Below, one piece after another: positions 55,713 through 64,000 of a stretch of DNA of 64,000 nt (within the stretch, counting starts at the first letter, position 1; the number at the start of each line of letters is the position of its first letter). The translations under genes and the position numbers were made by a program. The notes beneath the pieces are model-generated. The model had not been told where the DNA came from and made no database searches. It saw nothing but the letters and a program-made list of their open reading frames with translations. This DNA is from an uncultured Methanobrevibacter sp. (GTDB lineage Archaea; Methanobacteriota; Methanobacteria; Methanobacteriales; Methanobacteriaceae): positions 50,132 to 114,131 of the forward strand of contig OMVY01000009.1 in NCBI GenBank assembly GCA_900314635.1, in the 5' to 3' direction.

Positions 55713-56582
55713 ATGGTCGAGTCATTAATTTTATATTTATTTGTTCTTGTTTTAATAGTATTAATATATCTTGGAGTTATAAAAGCAGCGAATATAATCT
55801 ATAGCTATCTGAGAAAGCACAGGGAGAACAGGCTTTTCAACCCAAGCGAATATTTGCCTGAAGAGGAGATACATACATTAAGGCAGGTATTCTTCCTGAT
55901 TGTCATCGCAATGTCATTTACAATCATCATTTACACATTAATTGCTTTGAGCATACGTAGTTTCTCAAACTATTTTGTATTTATTGACATTTTATTGTCC
56001 TTATTTGTCTGTATGATAATTAAAAAGGAGACAGCTTTTGAAAAATTTGTTTTCTTAAGCTTGATTCCTTATGCATCAACAGTGTTTTCACTTTTAGATG
56101 TAATGATGATTGATCCGTCTACTAAAGTGCTTATAAATCCTATGATGTACTATGTCTCAATGGTTTTCATAGTTTTCCACTTGATAGGATTCGCTTATGT
56201 GATAAAAGTATATATTTCCAAATTCAATCAATATACTGAATCAAATGGATTGGGGATAAGCATCTTATTATTAATTGGAATTGTATTCTTTAGTTTCATT
56301 CTCACTCCATTAACAGAAGGAGTTGACTTGCTGGATGCTTTGGTCATGGTTTCAAATGCATTTACCAGTAATGGATATGCAGTGCTGGGTACCAGTTCAT
56401 TAGGTAAGATAAACAGTGTGATTCTGGTATGGGGAGGATATATCCTCTCTGGAGTAGGTACTGCAACATTGGCAACAGCTCTTATTTCCAAACATTTCCA
56501 AAATAAATTTGGGGACATGAATGAGAAAATGGATCAATTACAGAAGAGCATTGATGCATTGAATGATGGTAAAAAGGAATAG
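55713..56582 (+). CDS. Membrane protein with C-terminal two-TM ion-channel-like pore domain
   Basis: EGVDLLDALVMVSNAFTSNGYAVLG...LGKINSVILVWGG resembles Ion_trans_2 (pore helix, filter, inner helix); C-terminal coiled coil. Confidence 0.65.
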   Translation: MVESLILYLFVLVLIVLIYLGVIKAANIIYSYLRKHRENRLFNPSEYLPEEEIHTLRQVFFLIVIAMSFTIIIYTLIALSIRSFSNYFVFIDILLSLFVCMIIKKETAFEKFVFLSLIPYASTVFSLLDVMMIDPSTKVLINPMMYYVSMVFIVFHLIGFAYVIKVYISKFNQYTESNGLGISILLLIGIVFFSFILTPLTEGVDLLDALVMVSNAFTSNGYAVLGTSSLGKINSVILVWGGYILSGVGTATLATALISKHFQNKFGDMNEKMDQLQKSIDALNDGKKE

Positions 56583-56811
56583 CTTGTTTGTTATAATGAA
56601 TATCCTTTTTGTTTCATCTTTATTTAATTGGTGATGATTGGCTTCATCCGTATTTAGTTTGATGGGAATTTCATTAAAAATATTTAATTTTTTTTTAATT
56701 TATAATATTATTTGAACTCTTTCAAAATAGGTGCAAATGCTTTTTTTCTAATTTAAACATTTTTTTCACAACTTCCATATTTTTAGGCTGATTTTTCTAA
56801 TATTTATATGA

Positions 56812-57000
56812 TTATTTCAATGCATAGGTCATGACATCATTGCTTTGGTCTTGGAACTTATTTTATCAGCAATTGTGGGTATTTTTGTACCATTGGGAAT
56901 CGCTACATATATCAGCCTTGCATTATCTGCATTAATTGGAGCATATGTGTTCTTCATATCCAATAGAGCAATCGGTTTGATGTATTCTGACAACGAATAA
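56812..57000 (+). pseudogene. 3' remnant of a DUF4013 paralogue (not in the ORF track)
   Basis: Translates ...IGHDIIALVLELILSAIVGIFVPLGIATYISLALSALIGAYVFFISNRAIGLMYSDNE*, versus the intact gene's SAYMFFFRNRAIGLLYSDK*; no start codon with RBS; in-frame TGA at 56809. Confidence 0.75.
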
Positions 57001-57074
57001 TTATAAAAAGTATTATCACTTTTTTTCATGATTATACTGCCATGCTCAGATTAGCGGTAGAAAATAATTTGAAA

Positions 57075-59846
57075 CTATTCAATTTCCACCTTGGATATGC
57101 CGTTTTCCTTTTTGACTTTGATAATACTGTCTGCGGCATTCTCAAGTTCTGAGTCATGGGTAACGATAATCATCTGAGGAAGCACTGACATGCCTCTTAA
57201 AAGACCTATCAGCTCCTGTCTTCTTTGAGAGTCAAGGTGAATGGTAGGTTCATCGAGAAGGATAGTCTCTATGCTTCCCTTTGACATTGCCTGTGTGATT
57301 CCAAGACGCAATGCAAGTGCAACAGCTATTTTTTCTCCGCCGCTTATCATATCCAGCTTGGCCTCTCCTTCAGGACCATACAATGTAATATTGTACTCGT
57401 TGTCAAGAATCAGATTGGAATAATTGAAGTTGAACTCTTCAAAGAATTTTTTGGTATACATTTCTATAACAGGTTTTGAACGTGCTCTCAATATTCCTTG
57501 AATGCCGTCCTTGCTGTATAGGCCGCGAATTTCCTTTAATAATGCAATATGTTTCTCAAGAGTGTCATGCTCCTCTTTGATTTTCAGATTGGTCTCGAGA
57601 GCCTTGTTCAGATATTCGATTCTCTCATTTATCTGGGACAGTTTTCCATTGACTTGTCCAAGGATAGCACTGTTGGTGGAAATATCCTCGTTGATTCTTG
57701 ACTCCAGCACCTTGATTTCATTATATCTTTCCTCATTGTATTGTGATGAGTCAATATTTTTTTGAATTTCCTCTATCTGGGATTTTTTAATCTCGATTTC
57801 CTTGTTTTTATCATCCAGTTTCTGGATAGTCACATCCTTGCGTTTAACTGAACCAATCAATTGATTGTATCTTTGATCCTTTATTTTAAGCTCTTCAATT
57901 TTTGAATCGAGATCTTCTTTTGAAATATCCATTGAAAGATAGGAATCCTGGGAGATATCATTTTTAACCCTTTCTTCCTCGAGGGATATTTTACCTGCCA
58001 GCTTATAAAGCTCGTCCTTTACTTCATGCTCTTTAGCAAGAGTCTTTAAGGCACCTTGAGCTTGAATGTAGCTGTTGTAATTGGATTCCAGATTTTTGCG
58101 TTTGTCGTTTTGTGTTTTTATATCATCTGTCAAACCAGCTAAAACCTGATTTTTCTCATCCAAATCCGCCAGTTTCTTATCCAGATCTGCAATTTTATTG
58201 ATGTTTGCAGCTAAGCTGCCTGCAATATGTCTGTTTCCATAAATACTTCTTTCAATATTTTCCAGGTCTCTGACCTTGACTTTCAGTATTGAATTAGTTT
58301 CATCAAGCTTTTTGATTTCGCTGTCCAATTCATTGATTCTTGAAGAATTGTCTTTGATTGTGTTTTCATAGGATGAAATCAATTCCTCTTTTTTCTCAGG
58401 GCTTATGTCTGATTTGCAGACAGGGCATTGATTATCCACCTCTTTTATCTCGGCAAGAGGCTTTTCAGTAGATTTTATCTCTGTTTTCAAGCTTACAGAT
58501 TCGTTTTCAAGTTTTTTTACCCTTTCAAGATTTGAATCCAAGTCGGTTCTTGCTTGGATCCTGATTTTGTCCACAGTGTTTTTCAGTTTGTCGAAGTCTT
58601 CATCGCTTTCGATGGATGAGAAATCCTCTTCCAATTCGAAATCCTTTAAAACATCGTTGATGTCCATGCTGAATTTCCTTAAAGCTTCCCTTGACTGGTT
58701 AACTTCCAATTCCAGTTTGGACTTTTCCTGGGCGGTATTGTTCAATATCTTTATGTCTGATTCAGCAGATAATTTCCTAGCTTCCAAATCCTTTATGACG
58801 ACTTCAAGAGCCATATACTCATCAAATTTCTGCTTTTCTTCAGAAATTATGCCTTCAAATTTTTTAATGTCATCTATAATTTGATTCTGCTGTTTCTTCT
58901 GCTCTTTTAAGTCATTAAGTGTATCCAGAGCTTCTTTGAAATCAATATAAATCGGAAGCATCTGTGAATATTTTTTCAGTTGATTCATCTGATTTTCCAT
59001 GGCGGTAAGCTCGCTAAGCTCCTTATGAAGTTCTTCCTTGTCTTTACTTAGATTTTCCAGATTGGTTTTTTCATTGGCGAGGTTGATTTTCAAATTTTCA
59101 TAAGAAGTCTTTAAAGTTTCCATTTCTGCTTTTAGAGTGTCGTTCTCTTCTTTTCGAGAAATTAGAATATTTCTTTTTCCAGCTTCCTCCCTGGCTTTGC
59201 CTAATAATTCATCATGCTCCTGCATGTTGTTTTTGAGTTCATAGTCAAGCTCGCTTTGGGAATGCATCCTGCCTTTGAGCTCTGCCATTCTGTTTTCATA
59301 CTCATTTGTTAATATAGGGCTGTTTCTCCATGCCTTTTCTAGCTCTTCAAGCTTCAAGAGCTTGCCTATCAATTGCTTTCTCTCGCCAGGAGTCTTGCTG
59401 ATGAGGTCTGCAATTTCTCCCTGTCTTACATAGATCGCATTGAGGAAGAGATCTGCATCCATTTCGAGAATGTTCTGTATTTCCTTGTTTACCTGGCTGT
59501 CTCCTTCTACAATTGGAGTAAAATCAAATGAGCTTCTGCTCTGCCTTTCCAGCCTTGCAATTGATTTTCTGCTTCTTCTTCCCCGGGTAACTCTGTATTC
59601 ATTTCCTCCGGATATGAAGCTTAATCTCACAGTCATTGGTACATTTTCAATATCTTTGTTTGTTCTAACAAGGTCATCGATTTTGTCTCCGGTATATTTT
59701 TTGTATAATGCAAAACTTATGGCTTCAAAGATAGTTGATTTTCCAGCTCCGTTTTCACCAATTATCAAGCTTATGCCTGAATTGAAATCAATTGAAGTCT
59801 TTTTATGTGATTTGAAGTTCTCAAGTTCCAGTTTAGTAAATATCAT
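57075..59846 (-). CDS. rad50: Rad50 ATPase
   Basis: GENGAGKS, zinc hook CPVC, ISGGEK, ILLDEPT and IIVTH motifs; long coiled coils. Confidence 0.95.
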   Translation of the reverse strand: MIFTKLELENFKSHKKTSIDFNSGISLIIGENGAGKSTIFEAISFALYKKYTGDKIDDLVRTNKDIENVPMTVRLSFISGGNEYRVTRGRRSRKSIARLERQSRSSFDFTPIVEGDSQVNKEIQNILEMDADLFLNAIYVRQGEIADLISKTPGERKQLIGKLLKLEELEKAWRNSPILTNEYENRMAELKGRMHSQSELDYELKNNMQEHDELLGKAREEAGKRNILISRKEENDTLKAEMETLKTSYENLKINLANEKTNLENLSKDKEELHKELSELTAMENQMNQLKKYSQMLPIYIDFKEALDTLNDLKEQKKQQNQIIDDIKKFEGIISEEKQKFDEYMALEVVIKDLEARKLSAESDIKILNNTAQEKSKLELEVNQSREALRKFSMDINDVLKDFELEEDFSSIESDEDFDKLKNTVDKIRIQARTDLDSNLERVKKLENESVSLKTEIKSTEKPLAEIKEVDNQCPVCKSDISPEKKEELISSYENTIKDNSSRINELDSEIKKLDETNSILKVKVRDLENIERSIYGNRHIAGSLAANINKIADLDKKLADLDEKNQVLAGLTDDIKTQNDKRKNLESNYNSYIQAQGALKTLAKEHEVKDELYKLAGKISLEEERVKNDISQDSYLSMDISKEDLDSKIEELKIKDQRYNQLIGSVKRKDVTIQKLDDKNKEIEIKKSQIEEIQKNIDSSQYNEERYNEIKVLESRINEDISTNSAILGQVNGKLSQINERIEYLNKALETNLKIKEEHDTLEKHIALLKEIRGLYSKDGIQGILRARSKPVIEMYTKKFFEEFNFNYSNLILDNEYNITLYGPEGEAKLDMISGGEKIAVALALRLGITQAMSKGSIETILLDEPTIHLDSQRRQELIGLLRGMSVLPQMIIVTHDSELENAADSIIKVKKENGISKVEIE

Positions 59847-59858
59847 TATATCGCCCCT

Positions 59859-61190
59859 TTAGAAATTATCCAGACTAACGAATTTAGGTTTGTCTTCTTT
59901 CTCATCAGTGGAATTCTCCATAGCTTTTGAATCTATTTTTTCTCCAGATTCATCATTATCTGAATTTATATTTGATTCTCTGTTATTTGAATCGATATTT
60001 CCATCTGATTCTCCACTATTTTCCTCTTTTTCAATATCAGAGCTGTTTATCTTAAGACCGTAGTAATCTTCATAAAATTTATCTGAAATATGTTTGGATT
60101 CCTCTTCATTGCCTTTAGAAAGATTATCCAGCAAATCAACCGCCAGGTTGTTTATCTCCTTGCTGTTGTGTCTCTTATCTAGTTCCTGATATAAAAGGCC
60201 TCTTGGATCAAGTGTTTCCATATCGCCGTCAATAATTATGTCATGTTTGTCTGGATTGAAAGTATATCTGATGGTTAAAGCATATTCTTTCAGAGTATCA
60301 TTAATGATGTCATAAACATCAGAGCTATTGAAATCGCCGTTTTCCACTATGAGTTCAAGAACAGGCTTCTTTTCCATATTCATGATACGGTTTTTGATGA
60401 TGTCTAGCTTTTCATTCAATTGATTATAATCGATATATTCCCTAATATATTCTCTTTGCAAGTCAATTCTAACCCTTTCAATTTCAGGAGGATCCTGTGA
60501 TAGATTCACAATACAGAAACCCTTTCCGTTTTTTCGGGCGTCCTCAAGTTCATTGGCTCTCCAAACCTCTCCAGATCCAGGATAGACGAGCTTTCCCTTT
60601 CCAAAATCATCGACTATGTAGTTGTGAAGATGTCCTAGTGCATAATAGTCGAAGTTCTTAGGAATATCTTCGAGCTCCAGTTCATAGTTTTGATTGAAGT
60701 ACTTGTCTATTCCCTGATGAAGCACTAAAATGGATTTCAGATGCCTGTCAGCCTCTTTTTCAAGCTTTTTTAATTCTTCTCGATATGAATTCATTTTAGT
60801 TTTAGGGGTAAAGCGCAATCCGCAGATCAATACTCCTCCATGAAGGTAACATGGTTTATTCGGACTGATAAGCTTCAATCCCAGTTCCTTGAATAAGACC
60901 TGTGGGGGCAGTGAGCCAGCTTTCATTACTGAGTCATGGTTTCCTGCTATTGCATAAACAGGAATTCCCGCTTCCTTAAGTTTGAAAAATCCTTTTTGAA
61001 ATTCAAAAAGTGTTCTAGTTGTCGGTTTGTTTGTTTCAAAAAGGTCTCCGCTATGAATTACAAAATCGACATTGCTTTCAATAATCTTGTCCACTGTTTT
61101 GTGGAAAGCTTCGTAAAAGTCTTCTTCTCGCTCGATAAGGCCGTACTGCCTGTATCCTAAATGTGTGTCTGCTAAATGAGCAAAACGCAT
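59859..61190 (-). CDS. mre11: Mre11 nuclease
   Basis: DTHLG, GDLF, GNHD, HQG and LGHLH phosphoesterase motifs. Start at ATG 61190 (the track's GTG 61199 is part of the RBS). Confidence 0.95.
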   Translation of the reverse strand: MRFAHLADTHLGYRQYGLIEREEDFYEAFHKTVDKIIESNVDFVIHSGDLFETNKPTTRTLFEFQKGFFKLKEAGIPVYAIAGNHDSVMKAGSLPPQVLFKELGLKLISPNKPCYLHGGVLICGLRFTPKTKMNSYREELKKLEKEADRHLKSILVLHQGIDKYFNQNYELELEDIPKNFDYYALGHLHNYIVDDFGKGKLVYPGSGEVWRANELEDARKNGKGFCIVNLSQDPPEIERVRIDLQREYIREYIDYNQLNEKLDIIKNRIMNMEKKPVLELIVENGDFNSSDVYDIINDTLKEYALTIRYTFNPDKHDIIIDGDMETLDPRGLLYQELDKRHNSKEINNLAVDLLDNLSKGNEEESKHISDKFYEDYYGLKINSSDIEKEENSGESDGNIDSNNRESNINSDNDESGEKIDSKAMENSTDEKEDKPKFVSLDNF

Positions 61191-61331
61191 ACATATCACC
61201 TCTAAAAATTTTAATTATTTTTAAATTTAAGTAATTTCTTTAACTTATGAATATAATTTTTATCGTTAAATTTTATTTTTTTATGAATTCAGGGATTACT
61301 GAATTATAAATTCTAATTATCTTTTAACGAA

Positions 61332-62840
61332 TCAGTAATCTCCGCCAAGACTATATAGGTCTTTTCTCTCCTTTTCAATCTCTTCCTGCAATTCCTCTTC
61401 ATAATTCATCCACTGTTCGATGATATCCAGGTCTCCTCCTCTCTGTCTGCCCTTGAATTCATCAATCTTTACAAGTGTTGGAACCTTGGTCATGAGTCCT
61501 AGAACCAGAGCTTCTCCGATATTCAATGAAGGCAGCTGCTGGACCAGGTCTTCGCTCAGGCTTTCGCTTGCGGTTTGAACATGCTTCTGGTCCTTAGGCT
61601 CAACAAGCCTTAAAATGATCATGTTGTTTGCCTGGGCGAGTGTTTCTCCATCTACTGATTTTGGACTCTGGCTGACAAGACATAATCCGAGTCCGAATTT
61701 ACGTCCTTCTCTTGCAATTCTGGTAATCCAATACTTTGAGTTAGGATTTCTGCTTTGAGGGGCAAGGATATGGGCTTCTTCGACTATGAAGAAGATAGGG
61801 ATTCTAAGTTCATTTTTGTCATGGTTTCTGATGAACTTCTTTCTGCTGTACAAGGCATGTCTTAAAACATGTGCTACTAGTACTTCTGCTGTGTTTTCAT
61901 CAACCTGTCCAAGGTCGAGGACATTAGCCTTTCCAGGCTTTATCTGGCTCAATATGTTTCCTATATTGGTATTGAAGAGCTTGTCATACTTTATCATCAA
62001 ATCTGTGATCTTGTTCATTACTGCAAGTATGTCGTTTTTAGTGCCTTTGTTCAGGTCTTCGTCTTTGTATTTGCTATCAAGAATGTCGTACATGATTTCT
62101 AGAAAATCATTTGTATCAACTTTTCCCTCGCTTATTTTTTCCTTTGCTTTTGTAAATGCCTTTCTGAAGTATCTCTCCTGAATATGTGCGCTGGATTTGA
62201 TGTTGGCCAGGTCCTTTATCTCGTTGAATTCCATGTAATGAGGGTTTACAATAGGCTGGATGACATTGACATCGCCATTGGAGAATTCTGCATCTGAATA
62301 TTCTGAATGCATGTCGAATACAAGCATTGTTCCCTTGTATCTGAGAAGTTCGTCGATTATCACAGATACTGTGTTTGATTTTCCTGCACCGGTCATTGCA
62401 AGAATAGCAAGGTGTCTTGACACCATCTTGTTGATGTCCACTCCCACTTCTATGTCTTCCTGGGATATCAGATGTCCAAGCTTCAGGGAATTCTTCATTT
62501 CAAAAATATCATTTAAAATATCCTTTGAAGCCTTGTAGATGGGAGTTCCAGGAGGGGCAGGAGTTCTAGGAAGATTAAGGTCGTCATCTATGTCTCCAAG
62601 GATTGTAACCTTTCCTCGGATATAATAATCGTCTCCTTCTATTTCCCTTATTTTGGCTATGGTGTCTGGGTCATATATTTCCATATTCAGTGAAGGGCTT
62701 CCACGAACCATTGTTTCAATCATTCCAAGTATCTTTCGTCCGTCATATTCCAAAGTAACATATTCCCCCACCTTTGGCATTTCTTTGGAAATGAAACTAA
62801 CTGATACAAGTGAGGTTTCTCCTATACATCTTCCAATCAT
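61332..62840 (-). CDS. herA: HerA bipolar helicase/translocase
   Basis: N-terminal HAS barrel, RHLAILAMTGAGKS, VEEAH, IAREGRKFG and SQSP motifs. Confidence 0.96.
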   Translation of the reverse strand: MIGRCIGETSLVSVSFISKEMPKVGEYVTLEYDGRKILGMIETMVRGSPSLNMEIYDPDTIAKIREIEGDDYYIRGKVTILGDIDDDLNLPRTPAPPGTPIYKASKDILNDIFEMKNSLKLGHLISQEDIEVGVDINKMVSRHLAILAMTGAGKSNTVSVIIDELLRYKGTMLVFDMHSEYSDAEFSNGDVNVIQPIVNPHYMEFNEIKDLANIKSSAHIQERYFRKAFTKAKEKISEGKVDTNDFLEIMYDILDSKYKDEDLNKGTKNDILAVMNKITDLMIKYDKLFNTNIGNILSQIKPGKANVLDLGQVDENTAEVLVAHVLRHALYSRKKFIRNHDKNELRIPIFFIVEEAHILAPQSRNPNSKYWITRIAREGRKFGLGLCLVSQSPKSVDGETLAQANNMIILRLVEPKDQKHVQTASESLSEDLVQQLPSLNIGEALVLGLMTKVPTLVKIDEFKGRQRGGDLDIIEQWMNYEEELQEEIEKERKDLYSLGGDY

Positions 62841-63100
62841 AATTATTCCTCATAAGTGTTATGTTTGTTTAAATTGATTTGTTAATTAAATATCTTGATA
62901 GTTTTTAATTTTAATTTATTTTAATTGATTGTTTTTTTAAGTATTTTTTATAGAAAATTTCTTGCTAAAAAACGATATTTCCTAATTTTTTAAAATTATA
63001 TTTTTTTTTATTGTAGAAATGAATATTCTTTTTTCTGTGAAAGTTATGTTTTTTTATGCAGAAAAGAATATTCCTTTGTGCTGAAATTATATTTTTTTAA

Positions 63101-64000
63101 TCATAGCATTTCCCTTCCCGTCTTTTCAACAAGGCCTACGATTTTTGAGAGCTGGGAAATATCCGAGTTTTTAATTACAACATCGTGATGTGCTTTTTTA
63201 AGCAGAAATGGATATCCTTCAACTGAATCCTTTTTCAAGTCAGATAGAATCTGTCTGATTTCATTTTCATTTGCACGATATGGAAGCTCTATTTTGATGA
63301 TGTTCTTGTAGTCATCAAGTCTTGCAAAGAAAACAGTGAATTGCAGTGTCCTGAAGAATTCATCCTCTACTGGAAATTCGTGCTTGACTTTTGAAGAGAC
63401 GCTTCTGTAATATGGTTGTGAAAATCCCTGTGTCTTTATGGCCTTGTCAAACAATGCGATATCGGGAATGTTGACATGGAATATCTCATTTGTGGATGAA
63501 GTTTTTGATATGGCTACAATCTTCTTTTTATTCTTGAGAAGATAGCTTAATGCAATCAGCTTTTCAATATTCTCCAAAAAGCTCATCAAGGCATCCTCAT
63601 CAAGATTCTCATCTTCAAACAAATCTGAGAATTCATCTTTGAACTTGAAGGATTGGATATTTCCTTCATCGTTTTCAATATCTGCTCTTACAGCTTCCTG
63701 CACCTTGCTTATAATCTTATCTCTTTGGCTTTTGCTCAATTTGTTTGCGCTTGGTGACGGCCTTATCAAATCTCCCATGAGTGACCCGTCATCGAGATAA
63801 TAGTCGATTTCATACTTGTTCAATGCCCTGATTGCATTTTTAATCTCGAATATGGCCATCTTGTTTCTAAGCCTGTCATCCACAAAGGACTGGTGGGGAA
63901 TGGTGTCTATTTCAACGGTTTCTATGGTTTCAAGCTTTCCATCATAAATCAGTGACTCAGCGGCTACTGCATAGAAGTTGAAGCTCAGGTATTTCTTCTT
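63101..64000 (-). CDS. nurA: NurA nuclease, 5' end beyond the window
   Basis: Frame is open to position 64000 (KKKYLSFNFYAVAAESLIY...); LDDGSL, AISKTS and GYPFLLKKAHHDV motifs; adjacent to herA. Confidence 0.92.
   Translation of the reverse strand, partial: KKKYLSFNFYAVAAESLIYDGKLETIETVEIDTIPHQSFVDDRLRNKMAIFEIKNAIRALNKYEIDYYLDDGSLMGDLIRPSPSANKLSKSQRDKIISKVQEAVRADIENDEGNIQSFKFKDEFSDLFEDENLDEDALMSFLENIEKLIALSYLLKNKKKIVAISKTSSTNEIFHVNIPDIALFDKAIKTQGFSQPYYRSVSSKVKHEFPVEDEFFRTLQFTVFFARLDDYKNIIKIELPYRANENEIRQILSDLKKDSVEGYPFLLKKAHHDVVIKNSDISQLSKIVGLVEKTGREML

Noticed and set aside
56829-57029. 66-aa minus-strand ORF in the track
   Set aside because: It is the antisense shadow of the plus-strand DUF4013 remnant.

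Overview
Chromosomal segment of a pseudomurein-walled methanogenic archaeon, most likely Methanobrevibacter (Methanobacteriales). Evidence: archaeal RFC, NurA-HerA-Mre11-Rad50, adhesin-like proteins with pseudomurein-binding repeats, TATA/BRE promoters, GGTG-type ribosome-binding sites and very AT-rich intergenic DNA. Left to right it holds: (1) a small defence/regulatory islet (Mrr-type N-terminus divergent from XRE-HTH, ImmA/IrrE peptidase and PIN); (2) housekeeping genes rfcS, rfcL, htpX, uvrA; (3) three tandem adhesin-like proteins that swap C-terminal effector domains and appear to start at AUA/AUU; (4) two tiny orphan ORFs and a 2417-aa DUF4011 helicase-nuclease (Hhe-type) with a very large acidic insertion; (5) a Mur ligase, VanW-like protein and nucleotidyltransferase cluster, the best candidate here for an undescribed system (pseudomurein stem synthesis plus cross-linking); (6) a DNA-repair-rich right half (Xth, UvrD plus an Fe-S PD-(D/E)XK nuclease, MrfAB-like genes, NurA-HerA-Mre11-Rad50); (7) twin tRNA-Leu genes flanking an MFS transporter, a TIR-like gene, two pseudogenes and a channel-like gene with an atypical filter. 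No CRISPR array, rRNA, transposase or integrase was seen. All family assignments come from motif recognition by eye, not database searches.
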